Source: Flaccisagitta enflata
Lineage: Eukaryota
Length of the DNA stretch: 64,000 nucleotides
Reading direction: 5' to 3'
NCBI GenBank assembly: GCA_965153355.1
Contig: OZ231126.1
Coordinates: 12,090,001 to 12,154,000, forward strand
Position numbers and translations under genes: made by a program. Positions 38,908 through 55,080 of this stretch are shown here, one piece after another. The notes under the pieces are model-generated. The model was not told the DNA's origin. It was given only the letters and a program-made list of their open reading frames with translations, and searched no databases. Within the stretch, counting starts at the first letter, position 1, and every line of letters begins with the position of its first letter.

Positions 38908-39075
38908 CTGTGTTAGACACAAAACACGGTGGGAAATTATTTGTATACAATGCTAACAGCTCAATTTGGAGTACGCTAATTCTCACAGCTGTTAAAAAAA
39001 AAGGAATTTGATCATTGGCGCTTTTAAGCGAGTTTAATACTAAAGAAAAATATAATATAGTGGCTTCAGACTTAC

Positions 39076-39188
39076 CTTTAGTAGGGTAAGGATTCTTGCG
39101 ATGTTCGTATAGCCAAGCTTTGAGTGTTGAAGTCGTTTCACGAGTCGCGTTTTTGCGTCGAGCGCCGTTCAAATCCATCGGACCGTAT
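39076..39188 (-). CDS. Irx: Iroquois coding exon 4, TALE homeodomain N-half ([38 protein letters not shown])
   Basis: Diagnostic IRX homeodomain sequence; ttttcag acceptor, G|GTAAGT donor, 113 nt, phase 2-1. Confidence 0.97.
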
Positions 39189-39702
39189 CTGAAAATACAA
39201 AATCGTAAAAGAAAGAAAATTCAAAACAAAATAGCAATCAAGACAAATTAGCCATCATCAGTTATTCGAACACAAGACAGCGGAAATTTCCAGTATATAA
39301 CTTGGAAAAGATGTTTAAACAATGTGGTAACAATAAAAGCGTGTTTCATTCAACGTAAGCTTACATCTGCTACCCTCGTTTAAACATTTTCCCTTCCCTT
39401 TCCTCACCCCCCCCCCCGTTCAAAAAAAAAGGAGGTGAAAAAAAACTTTACTTTCTCTCTCTTTCGTGTTCATTAACCGCTTTATTGGTTTGTGACAAGG
39501 AAACAAGATTGTTTTACCAAATATTTTCTGCTCACAACAAGCAGGGGAAAAAACGAATGATGAAAAAAACATGTTTCTTGAAAGACCATTGACGAAATAA
39601 TAAATGGTTTCTTAAAGACGTTTTTCAACCGAACACATCCTTTTTAAAAGATTGAAAAAAAAGGGGAAAAAAATAGAGAAAAAACGCGAGTATTGACAAA
39701 AA

Positions 39703-39906
39703 AACAAGGCCGGATACACGGCTACCCCAGTCGCGTGCGGGGGGGCAGGGGCCATATTAGAGGTTGCTTTATCATTTGGGCAGGAGCAGTGAGGCTAAAA
39801 ACCGCAAATACACCAAAAAAGTAATGTGTGGCAGACCGACGGACCAATGTACGGACGGACCGACGGACAAACAAAGCGGGTTGTAGAGTCGCGTAGCACG
39901 CTACTA
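39703..39906 (-). mobile_element. HINE family A copy
   Basis: Same termini and core as the other copies. Confidence 0.75.
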
Positions 39907-40628
39907 AAAACCGCAGGAAGCGTCATACTCAGTAGAACTAGTTACTCAGCTCATATAATCATGGTTCTTGTACGGACGTTGCTAGTGAATTGTGGGGATG
40001 AATGGAATGATGGCGTAAAAGAGTGAATGACACCATCAATCCATTATCAATGGTGATTGACTATGAGGGTGTTGAGGTGGCAACTAATAAGGGGGGTTCA
40101 GGTGGTACTAGTTGAAAGGGGAAGAGGTGGTAGTAAATAAGGGGGGTTGAGGTGGTGATTGAGAAGGGGCGGGGTCAGTTTCACGTCTCTGAACGAAAAA
40201 CTGGTTGTAATTACCATCTGGAAAACCAATTAAATCATCTCTTAGTGTCAAAAAAGGAAAAATTTGAAAGATATTTCCTTCTCAATTACTTTAAAAACAG
40301 GAAAGAAAAAAAAGAAAAAAGATCAAAATAAAAGATCAAAAGAATGAAATATTCTAAAGCTGACACGAACTTAGTTGAGCGAAGCGCGTTTAATCCCGTT
40401 TTCAATTCGACATAACCCTGTGACCTCCTCTTCCTCCTCCTCCTCTTTCTTCTCTTCCTCCTCCTCTTTTTATTCCTGTGACCTCCCCAGAAGACCAAAC
40501 AAACTGGTACACTTTCATAAGATACTGTCTTTGTCTATCCTCATTTCTCTTTCACTGCTCGATCGATTGTTTGTGAAGTGTGTTCGTGTGTGTGTGGATG
40601 TGTGGACGTGTGTGTGTGGATGTGTGGA

Positions 40629-40766
<138 letters not shown>

Positions 40767-41016
40767 ACTTTGGTCAGAGAAGATGATGATAATAACTTTG
40801 ATAAAAAAAAGTGCTTAAAAAATCATTTTTCGACTTTTTTTTCTCAATTCTTTTACAAAATGTGTTTTTCTCGTCAGCGACTCAGCGGGAGGCCGCCAGA
40901 GGTCTGACTAATTAAAGAAGGTGGAAACATACAAGATTAACTAAATGACTAATCTCAAACAAAAGGCACGATCGATCTCTGCGAAACAGATCTCTCTCTG
41001 GCTGTCTATCTGCTTG

Positions 41017-41055
<39 letters not shown>

Positions 41056-41177
41056 GTCTCTGTCTCTGTCTCTGTCTCTGTCTCTCTCTTTCCTGAGCCC
41101 GGTCTTTATTTGTCACAATTGTCATCTGATCAGCGATAAACAAAGACCGCAAACAAATACACCTAAAAGAGCACAGG

Positions 41178-41270
<93 letters not shown>

Positions 41271-42404
41271 GAGACAGAGAGAGAGACAGAGACAGAGAGA
41301 TCGAGGTAAAGACTGAGGCAGAGAGAAAGGGACAAACAGAGAGAGACAGAGAAAGACAAGAACAGAAAAACAGAAAGACAGACAGATACAAAAAGTAAAA
41401 GGAAAACAGAAACAAGGTTTGAGACAGAGGGAAGAGGATAAATAAGAGAAAAAAAAAAACAATAAAAAGAGTTTGAAATCATGAAATGCGATTGTGTGAT
41501 TGTGGCTGGTCGCAGAATGAAAGAAAAGGTTATCCTCCGTCTAATCCCAAGGAAACAAAATATTTGATCCAGATGACAACGTATTTTGTCGTCTTTTTCT
41601 TCCTCCTCTTCACCCACCCATTTTACCACTCCCCCCCCCCCCTTCCCTTCTCTTCAATCTCCCTTTTTTCTTTTTCTTCCATTTCGTCCTGTATTGTACC
41701 AAATCGCGGAAGGGAGCTTGTTTGGGTTCAAACGTGGCTTGAACGGCTAAAATAACACACACACGCAGTTAATTACGCACCGACGCCTTAAAGACTCATT
41801 TCGATCAGTACGCTTTTTCTTTATTACCATATGTCCATTGGTTGATTGTACCAACTCTCACGAAGGGCCATAAAACTAGAGTCAGATACACATACACATA
41901 TATTTCACTTCCACAACCTATATATACGCGCATTCATCTGTTGCACTTTAAATCATGTCAGTGACACGAGTATGACAAATAGGCACATCAACAAACCCAC
42001 TCTTTTCGTAATCCTGGACTTAGAAGCAGAACAATGCCCAGGTTGAGAGGGAATTATGATTTGTGAATGAAAGAGTTGTGATCCAATCGTTCTACTAACA
42101 GGTATTTTGGGTGTGTAAAAACCACCACAATTCTTTTTTTATTGTTTTGCATCGCGATTTCAACCTTTTTTTCTTTAACCCCCACAGGTTAATAATATTA
42201 ATGATATTGATATGAAAGAAGAATGAAAAGTAAGTCTCTCTCCCTTTTTTGTGAAGGAAGAAAAGAAACTGGAGAGTGTGGAGATTAGAGACTTGAAAAG
42301 GATCAAAATACACACATACATAAAGGAGCAATACATAGAAACGCATTCCTTCTGTATGAATGGTTGAATTTAAGAGGAGAAAGGGGATGATTAGAGAAGA
42401 GAAA

Positions 42405-42480
<76 letters not shown>

Positions 42481-42538
42481 ACAAGAAAGAAACAAAGAAG
42501 AAAAAGAGAGAAAGAGAGAAAAAAAGGAAGGAAAAAAA

Positions 42539-42602
<64 letters not shown>

Positions 42603-42765
42603 AAAAGAAAGAAAGATGGAAAGATGGAAAGAGAAAAAGAAAGAAAAAAAAGAAAAAGGCCAATAAGAGGTTTGTGGTTAATCCTACCCAACGACAATGC
42701 CGGAAATATAAACACACACTCACACACACAAAATGTCTGAGCTGTTCGTGAATACCATATGAGAC

Positions 42766-42854
<89 letters not shown>

Positions 42855-43199
42855 GAGAGAGAGAGATTGAGGAAAATCTCACACCAAAAATCGCCTTAAA
42901 AATCAAATTTCCTGATATTTTTCCCTCTTTCTTTCATTTTCCTCTTCCTCCTATTTCCATACTTTGCACTTTGTGCATCAACAGGATATTTGGTTGCTAC
43001 AGTAAGACACGCTTTGAGGGAACTTGCAAAGAGAGAGAGTATCAGAGATGTTCATAGAGACTCTTATTCTTATTCTTAAAAGGTCAAAGAAAGTGATGAA
43101 ATAAACAATTGTTTTTAACTTAGAAACAATTGATTAATAATGCATCATAACGAGGCTGAGGTCGGTCTATCCTCCTTCACCTTCTTCTCCTCCCCATCC

Positions 43200-43260
<61 letters not shown>

Positions 43261-43380
43261 GAATTCATGATGAGGGTAAGGCTCTGTTGGCACGCGCCAC
43301 AATTCGCGATTCCCTGTGAGAAAAATCTCTTTCCTTTTTTATCGTTTACAATTGACTCCAATCCACGATTGGAAGTGAAA

Positions 43381-43485
<105 letters not shown>

Positions 43486-43719
43486 CTCGCTGTTTAGGAG
43501 GATATTGGGAGAATGCGGAAGCAAAAGAATGTGAGTATGCAAGAAAGAGCGAAAGAGAGAGGAAAAGGAGGAGAAAAAGATTGGTTTAGAGTGAAGGTGA
43601 ATTGATAGAGTAACCCCCTGGAGATGAGAAAGAATGGGTTTTGTGGTAACTATGGTTTTGATGAGGAAGAGGAAGCGGATGAGTAAAAAACAACGATGGG
43701 GGAAATGTGATGTTGGTAT

Positions 43720-43814
<95 letters not shown>

Positions 43815-43924
43815 CAGAGGGATTAATCGGGTGAGAATAACTAGCAGAAGATTCGCGAGGAAAAGGAGATAAAAAATGACCGGAAGCTAACCTAGAAAAT
43901 GGGCTGCTGACCATGAAAAGAGGA

Positions 43925-44005
<81 letters not shown>

Positions 44006-44140
44006 GAGGAGGAGCTGCAAGAAGGTGAGAAAAGGGGAGGAGGCTGATATGGCTGACCTGAGTCGGCCAAATAATTAATTAAAAGGACGAGTATGTCAGG
44101 GGAGGGGCACACACATATCTTCGGGGTCGACCAGCAAGTA

Positions 44141-44230
<90 letters not shown>

Positions 44231-44418
44231 AGGTTAATGAACACGCGTTAATGACTTAGAAGATGGGTTTAGGAGTGTAACTGAATTATCATATGACTAC
44301 ATCTTGTTATCACAACTTTAATTTTTTGTTCTCCCTATTGTCACAACTTTTTAATGCCTCTCGTTAACAGATCTCAGGTAAATTCTCTTTGAATCCATAT
44401 CATTTCTCTGTCTCTCTG

Positions 44419-44458
<40 letters not shown>

Positions 44459-44561
44459 CTGTCCGCGGGCGCTAGTTACGAGCTTCTTCCCATAAAATCA
44501 TCTCAAAATTTCCATTTACCTCCCTCACTTGTTCATGAAGACATAAAGGCCAAAAAGAGAG

Positions 44562-44708
<147 letters not shown>

Positions 44709-45243
44709 GAGAGAGACAGAGACAAAGAGAGACAGAGACAGAGAGAGACAGAGACAGAGAGAGAGTAAGCGAGAGCAATTTACCGGATGGAAGATACTAC
44801 TCGGTAATGACTCACAGAGCGTCGGGTGAATGAAATGATGACCGCCTAGTAAGTAATTACCATACCATACTAGTAAAAACTGTAAAGCTCCCATTTCGCC
44901 TTAGGAATCCACCCATCCTGGGTTTCTTTACCCCACCTCTTCCCGGTCTTCTTTTCATGTCTAACCGCCTTATATCCATTGGTGTTTTTAACGACAATAT
45001 TACTTTTTTTGTTTCTTTTTTTTTATGATGATCTCTTTATGTGCTTGATCTTCATGTAGAAAATTATGGAAGACCACCATCGATATTTCGTCAATGAACA
45101 AAATCAAGAAAACCTGTTCTTTATGTTCTTAAGCATCGTCGAAATTAGAGGTAAGAAAAAATGTATTGTCGAATAAGTTATAAGTGAAGATATGGATAGT
45201 TAAAGCAGAAAACTCATTATGTTTTCCCGAGAAGCAAACTTAC

Positions 45244-45341
45244 CCTGCGTATGGATAGACGGCCATAGGATCGTAAGGATAAGCCATTGGGTGAGGCGGA
45301 AGTCCGGGAGCGAAGCCTTCCTTCATTTCGTAAGGCGCGTT
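45244..45341 (-). CDS. Irx: Iroquois coding exon 3 (NAPYEMKEG...AYPYDPMAVYPYAG)
   Basis: Not in the ORF track. cacacag acceptor, GG|GTAAGT donor, 98 nt, phase 0-2. YEMK and YPYD motifs are typical upstream of the Irx homeodomain. Confidence 0.85.
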
Positions 45342-46557
45342 CTGTGTGAAAGAAGGAAAAGAGAAAGCAAGAAGACGGTTATCAAAAATTTGATTCACGG
45401 GATACTCGGTAAAGAGACGAGGATGTCAAATAATCAGGTTTAGATGAAATATGGAAAAGTTGAAGGAAGATAAACAAGAAAACGCACAAATAGAAACAAT
45501 AGCCCGTCAATCCGACATTTGCGACAGATGGATGTTAAAACGAACGCGTAATCAACACACAGACTGACCGAGCGACAGTTCACGGACTTTACTTTTAATA
45601 ATCGTTCTCTTGCGTAGTAAAGGTAATGAGTTGAGAGTAGAAAGGGAAGGAAAACGGAAATGGAAAAGTAAAAGAAGAAGTAATTTCAAACGGTTTTTTT
45701 TTCAAGTTGAGAAATACGCACGAAGCTAAGATGACCGATAATTTTTGGTCGGAGTAATCAGTAAAAGCAAACACTGTTTTGGACCTCTTTTCATGATCAA
45801 AGCTGAGCTTGCCAGTTCTCTTGCAAAGTCATGCACGAGAGAAAGACGATGATAAAAGAGACTGTATCCGGGTAATTCAGAATCCTAATCACACCAGCCC
45901 TTGTTACCTTCCCTTTATTCGTCTTTCGCGCTGTCCTTATATTCATCGCCGGTTTTTTTCCATTGGTGTTCCTTTGCTCATCTGGCATCTCTTATTCTTA
46001 CCTCCCTTTCTCTCCTTCTTTTCATTCCCCTCTGCCTTGCCTCGCTTCCCGTCCCCTTCTTCTTTCCCCCAACCTCCTTGCCCTCTTTCCCAAATGTCCC
46101 TCCTTTCCCTTTCCCTTTCCACTTTTCCCTCAACCTTCTCTTTGCCCTCTCATTTCCTTCTAGTTTTTTTGGCCATTTAACTGCCCTCGTCTTTCTATCG
46201 CTTTGGCTCGTGTGTCGTCGAGGTGATGGAGGTGGTTATGGTGGTTGTGCAATTGATGGGGGTGGTGGTGGTAGTGGTGGTGGCAGATGTCCCTTGCGTC
46301 TTGGATATGGCGTATGTGGACTTGTAATGGTGATGGTAATGATGGCGGTGGTAGTGGCGGTTCTGGTGGTGGTAGTGGTGGAGGTGCTGGAGATGATAGT
46401 GAGGGTGGTACTGGTGGTAACTGTGGTGGTGGTGCTGTGTCATGTGTCTTAGATATGTCGTGACTCGCCCTTTAACAATTTTGTGCCGCAGATTTGTTCT
46501 TGGGACCAAACTAAACGCCAAACATAGAGCAAAATAAGGAAGGAGAGAGAGAGAGAG

Positions 46558-46720
<163 letters not shown>

Positions 46721-47046
46721 CATGTCTATCATTGCTCCATCTACTCTGCCATCTCCTTTGCTTCATGAGCAAGAGTTTGTTTAATGGACTAATATTTGGA
46801 AAATGGAAAAAAGGAAAAAGCAGAACCACTAATCAATCAATTCAAAGAATTCTCTCTCTCTCTCTTTTTCTATTCTCTTTTTTTTTTCCTTTATTCTTTT
46901 TTTTACCTCTTTTCTGGAACTACCTCCAATCTTCCCCATCTTTTTCTCCTTTACTCCTTTCTTTTTTTCTTCTTTTTTTCTTTCTTTCTTACTGTCTTTC
47001 TGTCTTGTCTCTTTCTCCATCACTCTTTCTCTTCATCTCTTTCCTT

Positions 47047-47162
<116 letters not shown>

Positions 47163-47468
47163 CTCTCCTTGCCGCTTATTGAAATCTGCAGACTGTGAAA
47201 TGTGATAAGAGACCATGAAGAGAAAAATCTGTTAGGGAAAGGAAAAGTAAAGGCGAAGGCAAAGAGAACGGATTTTTTTCTTTTTTTTAGCCAGTAACTG
47301 AATTGCATCAGAGAGTGACGCATGAAAAAAGAGTTGCTATATGGCAAATTGGTTGCAAGATGGTGGTTTCTCAGTCATTGGAGGACAACGGCACCAGCAA
47401 CAACGACAACAACAACAACAACAACAGCAACAATAACAACAACAACAACAACAACGACAACGACAACG

Positions 47469-47502
<34 letters not shown>

Positions 47503-47510
47503 CTACAACT

Positions 47511-47573
<63 letters not shown>

Positions 47574-47669
47574 GCAACAGCAACAACAACAACAACAGCA
47601 ACAACAGTAACAAAAAAAAACAAATAAACCTGGCAAACATGCAAGGACACCCAAACTTCCACTACTGAC

Positions 47670-48161
47670 CATGGCCGGGTAGAAGGCCGACTGTTGCATC
47701 GCGGCTGCGTAGGCTTCCGGCGTCGCGTAAGCGCCATAAATCGACGAAAGCGCCGCTGAGGGCGCCAAAGGCGAAGGATATCCGGCAGCCGCCGACGCCA
47801 ACAGACGAGTGGCGGCGTCAGAGGCCATCGCGGCGCTGTACTGCAAATGTGGCGGCGGAGGAGGAGGAGGAGGATGAGGATGAGTTGGAGGGGCGTGGGA
47901 TGGATGAGGAGGAAGAGACGGAGGAGGAGCGCCGATAGAGGAAGGTGGATGAGGGAGAGAAGGATGAGGAGGAGGAAGAGGAGGAGGAGGACAGTTGCAG
48001 TCGATTTGGTCGCAACACGAGGCTTTGAGGCTCTGAGTGGCGGAGGCCGAGGAGGAGGAGGGAGTCGAGGAGGAGGCGTGGAGTGGACTTCCGGTTTGAG
48101 GCGGCGTCTGAGGAGGAGCGGGAGGAGGAGGAGGAGGAGCCACGGATGAAGTCATTAGAAC
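47670..48161 (-). CDS. Irx: Iroquois coding exon 2 (VLMTSS...SCCD..CNC...SAFYPAM)
   Basis: ccctcag acceptor, ATG|GTCAGT donor, 492 nt, phase 0-0. Pro-rich, with CC..CxC and SAFYP motifs like those of invertebrate Irx N-termini. Confidence 0.85.
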
Positions 48162-48677
48162 CTGAGGGTGGTAGAAAGAGAGAGTCAGAGGGAAGTGAAA
48201 TTGCGGAAGGATAGAGATAGATTGAAGGTTAAAGTAGCTACATGAGTAGGACAACATTACATTACAGCCAACATGTAGCTATAGTCCGCTCATATGGATT
48301 CTTAAGGACTTACAATTACGAATTGAATACGATCGCTATTTGACAGATATCATATTGAACCAGCCAATGAATGCTTATTCAATACTCATGCTCTCATACG
48401 CTACATATTCAAGATTTTGTCCGTGAAGGTGGGCGGTTATCTTAATCACATCTCGCCGACGGTGAAATACTTGGTTCAAAACAGGAATGAGTGTATCATT
48501 ACCAGACTTAGAACAGATAAACAGATGTTTTAACAGATTAGCAGACAAATGACGATTTTACTCTTTTTGTTGTTCCCGCTTTCATGCTTGTATTTCGATA
48601 TAAATAAGCGTTTTTTTTTGCCAATTTCCCCCGAGTATTAAATCGAATAAAAGCATCGGCATTCTTACTTGAGAATT

Positions 48678-48719
<42 letters not shown>

Positions 48720-49805
48720 CACTTTGATCTCAACGAAGTTTTTCGAAGATTTTTTTTCTCTTTAGATGAAATTAAAATTAAATCCCTTCTTTAATTCGGA
48801 TTACTTCTTCAATTTCTTTGTACTTCCCCTCCTCTACACGTTTTTTTTTTTTTTTTTTTTTTTTTTTGTCCGAAATACATTTCGGTCGCCCAAGCTTTAC
48901 ATGCATAAACTATCCGTCCTTCCTTCCTTCTGTCCGTTCGTCCGTTCGTCCATTCGTCCGTGTGACCTGAGGTCTTACTCCTACTGAAAAGGCAAATCGC
49001 ATGGCCCATATTAGGATCTATAGGACTGAAATTTCAAATTTGTGATGGCAGACTCATTATATTCGTAGCACTTGTGTGTATAAGTAAGATGGAAATCAAT
49101 CGAGTTCCCCCTGCGGGCTACTCGGGTGAACAAGCCCATCGCGGAGTTGGGCCCCCTACTGGGGAAGGGCCCCCTACTGGTTTGGGTGAATTTAAATAAC
49201 ATGTTTGAGGTGCCATTTTATCATCTTGTCAATTAGAATTCGGCGTGAATGATGTTCGATATACATTTTCAAGAATAAGAATAAGATGATCATGACAAAG
49301 ACGACGACGGCATTGAAAAGGACAACTAAAGCGGTTCCATTCACGCTCAAAACAATTATCATACACTTGTTCATGCATCATGGCACGTTTTTGTAACTGC
49401 ACATATTCACGGATTTTGCATACATTCATGTTTTTGGTTGTATGATCTCAATACATCTGAGTATTTTTGAGTCATGTATTCTTATGACAAAACTTTAAAA
49501 ACCAAGAAAGTGTTTTTTTGAAGGAATTGACCTCGATTTTGTTTTGAAGAAGGTTGTGCAATGTGCATTAATTAGAAAAAAAAAGAAGTTTCTAAAAGAC
49601 ATGATAGTTTTAATCAATTTTCAGTGACAACAAAAACTTTTGGATAGGTTTTAGGTATCATGATTAAATCATCCTCCAATGCAGACAGATCCAATGAGAT
49701 TGATTCTTGGCGGTTTGAAAAACTCACGTTCACAGAAAATAGATTTTGCAGTTGATGAATTTTAATTGATAGTTTTACTCGTAATTCTTAAATCCGAGAA
49801 GAAAT

Positions 49806-49904
<99 letters not shown>

Positions 49905-50079
49905 TCTTTTAGGGCGGTAGATTTCTTTATTTTTTAAATGTGTACTATGGCGCTAATGAGGGAAAAGACAAGTTTAAAGAGAGAGAGTATTTATTTCGCT
50001 CCGATACAACGTAAATCAATTAGAAGCCTTAACTGAATGTTGAATGTTTGTCATTCAAAGTTGGACAGGAACGGAGAGA

Positions 50080-50328
<249 letters not shown>

Positions 50329-50943
50329 AAGACAAAGACAAAGAAACATAGACAGAAATAGACAAGAAACAGAGAGAAACAGAGAGGTAAGAAAAAAGGC
50401 TACTCATCCTCCCTTTTTTATCCTTTGCCAAAAAAAAGTCAAAATGGGAGTAAAGAGAGAGAGATAACTGATTGTCGAAAAAAAAAAAACTCAATTAAGA
50501 GGGAGAATGAGACATGCTATTGGGGTTGAAAGGAAAATTGATATCTGACTAATTACATCTGGTATACAAAAAAATTTTTTTCTCAAATCACGGAATGCAT
50601 TTGTAATGTTAGGTATTTTTTGACGCCCTTTATCTGTCTAAATCAACCATCGATGACCATTAGTCGGACAAACCATAATCCAAATAAATAGTCATGGCCC
50701 ATTACCTATGGGTAACCGGAGAAGCTGAATATGTGAAGGGCATGTGAAGCTCAATTGTTGTCAAGGTCATACATTTTTGTTACAAGCTGAAACACTTATG
50801 ACACTCAAGGAAACTTTTTCCTATTGCCATTTTAGTTTAAATCTACCAAAAATTCCTCTCTTTTTTTCAACGGCAAAAGAGACAAAGAATGCTGCAACAA
50901 ACTCAAAATTATCCAAACCCCCAAAAAGATGGAGCCTCTGACT

Positions 50944-51030
<87 letters not shown>

Positions 51031-51380
51031 TTCACTCTGTGTCGGGAAGTTGTTTTTGTCTCTCTCACTCTCTTGAATGAAAATAGAAACCGACATCAAC
51101 ACATTTTTTTTTTCAAGCATGGCTCATTTTGAGAGTATTTTCTGTTTGTTTGTTCGCCTTTTTTGTTTTTGAATATCAAAGCAAAGCGACTTAAGGAGTA
51201 TGACTTCATCATGCGCGACCATATATCATTTTTTTGCAATGAAACGTGGGAAGAACCAACGAGGAATGTGACAAACTTGTAATTGGTATACATGACTTAC
51301 ACAATCTTTTCAAAAATAAAGAAAGATTGAGAAAAAAGAAATCAAAGATGAAAGCATGAAACAAAGAAAGAAACAAAGAG

Positions 51381-51477
<97 letters not shown>

Positions 51478-51543
51478 CAAAGAAAGACAAAAAGAAAGAA
51501 AGAAAGAAAGAAAGAAAGAGAGAAAGAAAGAAAAAAAGATTGA

Positions 51544-51639
<96 letters not shown>

Positions 51640-51882
51640 AAATAGGAAGACATAGCGTTGGTCAGCGTGATTCATAAACAGATATATAGACAGAAAGATT
51701 AAAAGACAGACCGAAAAGATGAAAAAATGGTGGGTCTGAAATATGAACCAATTAGGAAGGATGTAGAATTTTAAACATTTACTTTTGAGAGCTGATAGGA
51801 GATAATCTTTAGATATTGTTTCCTTTCTGTTTTCTTGTGTCTCTGTTTAAGTCTTTACATCAAGTTTGGTTGGGAAGATGAA

Positions 51883-52096
51883 AACAAGCTACGCGGGGTT
51901 ACAATATCGTCGTGGACGGGTGGGCAGGGGCATCCAACCTCCATCCACAACTCAACCCCAACCCAAACCGTTACACACACAAGTATCTAGAACACTCGTT
52001 TTCCCACTATTCAACTTGATCATTACTGACAGGACTGGCAGACGGACAAACTGACGGATGGACAAAGCCTCTTATAGAGTCGCTAGTCCGCGACTT
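51883..52096 (-). mobile_element. HINE family A copy (same subfamily as 8385-8538)
   Basis: Shares GACGGATGGACAAAGCCTCTTATAGAGTCGCTAGTCCGCGACT with 8385-8538. Confidence 0.7.
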
Positions 52097-52294
52097 AAAA
52101 GGGCGATGAGGTTCAAGAAGGCGAGTGTAACCGGGGAAGGATGAGTATGAGCTTATGGAGGGGTAAGAAGCAGCTAGAGGTGATAGAGGATATAAGCAGA
52201 GGGGGGGGGGCGGGGGGTAGAAAGAGTTTGAGGTTAGACAGGAAAAAGTCTTTTGCTCTGAAAAAATGGAGAAGTTTATAAGTAAACATTCAAC

Positions 52295-52380
<86 letters not shown>

Positions 52381-53387
52381 AAATGATTTTGACTCTTCTT
52401 TGATGTTATGAGAGAAGTTTGAAGTATAGATAAAGCAGATCGGCGCCTCAAGAGAGTGAGGAGATAACTTGAACCAAACCAAGCCTCAGCCACCACATAT
52501 CCACCAAAAAAACCACAACTCCACCACATATCCACCAACAACAGTAACATCACCAACCATTTAACCAAGCAACTATTCTTAACAACGCTATCAAAGTAAT
52601 TCAAAATGTATGGGAAGTTAAGCACGCAAATGGTCGCATGCGAAAAATGGCTTTATTAACTGAAAAGTAGAATAGTTGTTCTTGAAGATCATTTGACCAT
52701 ACGGCTCATTTACAATTTATCATTGTAAAGGTAAATCATTGCACTGTTGAGCATTACATAAAATGAAAATGAAATGAACATCAACCATTCAACCAACAAT
52801 GCAGGTAAGCCCTTAAAAAAGAGAATGTGAAGATAACCATCGACACCACCACTATCCTCGGTCTAACACCATTACCAACACCTTTATCACCAGTCCACCA
52901 CCACACTATCACCAGTTTATCACCATCATCACCAGTCCACCACCACACTATCACCACTACCACCAGTCTATACGTCTATCTCCATCACCATCAACACTAT
53001 CCCCAGTCCACCATCACCACTATCACCAGTCAACCACCATCACCACCGCTACCACCAGTTTAACACCATCACCATCCACACTACCAACAGTCTACCACCA
53101 TCACCATCAGCACTACCACCAGTCCTACACCATCATCTCCAATATAACACCACCATCACCAGTTCACCAACACCCTCACCAGTCCACCACCACCACTACC
53201 GAAGCAACTCTGACGCTTGAGTGTATTTCGAGAATTAGATATCCAAAGCAGTTCAAAAGTCTGAAACATGTCAATCAAATGTATTTTGCGCAAGATCACA
53301 GATCAGTCTCTTTCATTCAAACACTGTTTCAAGCATTTTTTTTAAAACTTTTTAGAACATTTTTTTATCGTTTTGTGTCCTGAATGT

Positions 53388-53511
<124 letters not shown>

Positions 53512-53727
53512 TCTTGCGTCAATCTAGTAAAACTTTGAGGAAGATAGTGATTAAGTACCGTAATGAAATGTATTACGTTGTACTGTACAGTACTGTTCAG
53601 AATTGTTCTGTACTGAACTGTTCTGTTCAGTTCGGAATTGTACTAAACTGTGCTGTTCTGAACTGTGATGAGCTGTAATGAATTGTCAATTGTGTAAAAA
53701 CTGTACTAAACTGTACTTTCACGTTAC

Positions 53728-53781
53728 CTGGGCTGCTGGTGGGAATCCAAAAGGCGGGTTTGACCCGAAGCTGGTGGTCAT
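53728..53781 (-). CDS. Irx: Iroquois homeobox gene, coding exon 1 (MTTSFGSNPPFGFPPAAQ)
   Basis: GCCATG start; 54 nt ending CAG|GTAACG donor, phase 0. FGF..Q followed by VLM in the next exon resembles the conserved Irx N-terminal FGY..Q/xLM motif. Confidence 0.75.
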
Positions 53782-54897
53782 GGCTTTAAAGCCAAAAGCC
53801 AAAATGGCATTGAAGAAGAACTAGCCAAGGCATCGAGAGAACCTTTTATTCAATGTTATATCGTGCCGAGAATTCCGTTGCAATTGCAAAGGAGAGTTAT
53901 GACCACGTTTCAACTGTCAATTTCTGCAGTTCAGGTGCGTGTAGTAAAAGTCCAAGTTGAAGGTAGTTTCGCGAAAGTGTGTCACTTTTTTCTGTTGGTC
54001 GTTTTTTTTCTCGAAATTTTGTTTTATCACCGCATAGAGTATCGTCCGTTTTCTCTTTTTTTTTTTTGTTTCAACTTTGTAATTTGAACATTTAGGTCTT
54101 AGATTATTTTCTTCGATGAGAAAGATGGACTTTTTTTAACCAACAAAATTTTCTATTTCAACCTATATAACGTTAGATCCAAGGCGGTGAAAATCCTTTC
54201 CGTTTTCGTGCAATTTCCGGAAATATTGTACGGTGTTTTTTTTCAAAGAAATTTGAGTCGTTTCATTTCGAAACTTGATTTCTCAATTTTCCTTTGTGCG
54301 TGGTAAATCCTGCTACTTGTATTATTCTCGTATTTGTTCATTCATTGATTTTTTTTCTGTCGTAAAATCCGTTGTCAATTTTAAAGATTGCGTTGATTAT
54401 TAATCCAGAATTAATTTCAGTGCGTATATTTAGCGGTATTGACGGTACATTCGCTTAAAATTCGTTATACACTGATGATTCGTAATGTTAACAATGTTTG
54501 CACACTCGAGACGGTGTTACGTTGCTCTTTTTTTTTCGTCCTTTGCTGACGTAATGTAATCGCCGCCTTAAAATTCGGGATTTGTTAAAAATAGAGAATG
54601 AGCAAAAGAGCGGCTAAAAATGAAAAGAGAGAAACAACAAGAAGAAGAAGAGGATACCGACGATGATGATGATGAAGAAGAAGAAGACGACGATGACGAT
54701 GATGTTACGGATGTGCGTTGCGATTTAGTGTGTGTGAGAGATGGGGAGAGAGAGATAGAGATACAATTATATGGAAACAAGGAGAGCGAGAGAGAGAGAG
54801 AGAATGAGACAAACCATCGTCTATGTTCTACACTGATTCAAAGGCAAGTTGGACATCTTTTGCTTTCGGTCGTACTTTGCCGAAAGGGGGGTCGTCT

Positions 54898-54952
<55 letters not shown>

Positions 54953-55040
54953 TGTCGTCGTCTTTAAGGTACTCCTCCTCTTCCTCTTCCTCCTATCGTT
55001 CATCGTACGGGATTTCATCATCGTTGACTCGATGGTGTGT

Positions 55041-55080
<40 letters not shown>

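Noticed and set aside
38789-39178. Single 129-aa ORF with an apparent insertion in the homeodomain
   Set aside because: The insertion is a 168-nt GT-AG intron (38908-39075) that happens to be stop-free.
48867-49192. Possible third HINE-like family (palindrome, GTCC repeats, GC-rich end)
   Set aside because: Single copy here; subTIRs not established.
54162-54170. TATA-like motif upstream of the Irx ATG
   Set aside because: Common by chance in AT-rich DNA; no TSS evidence.
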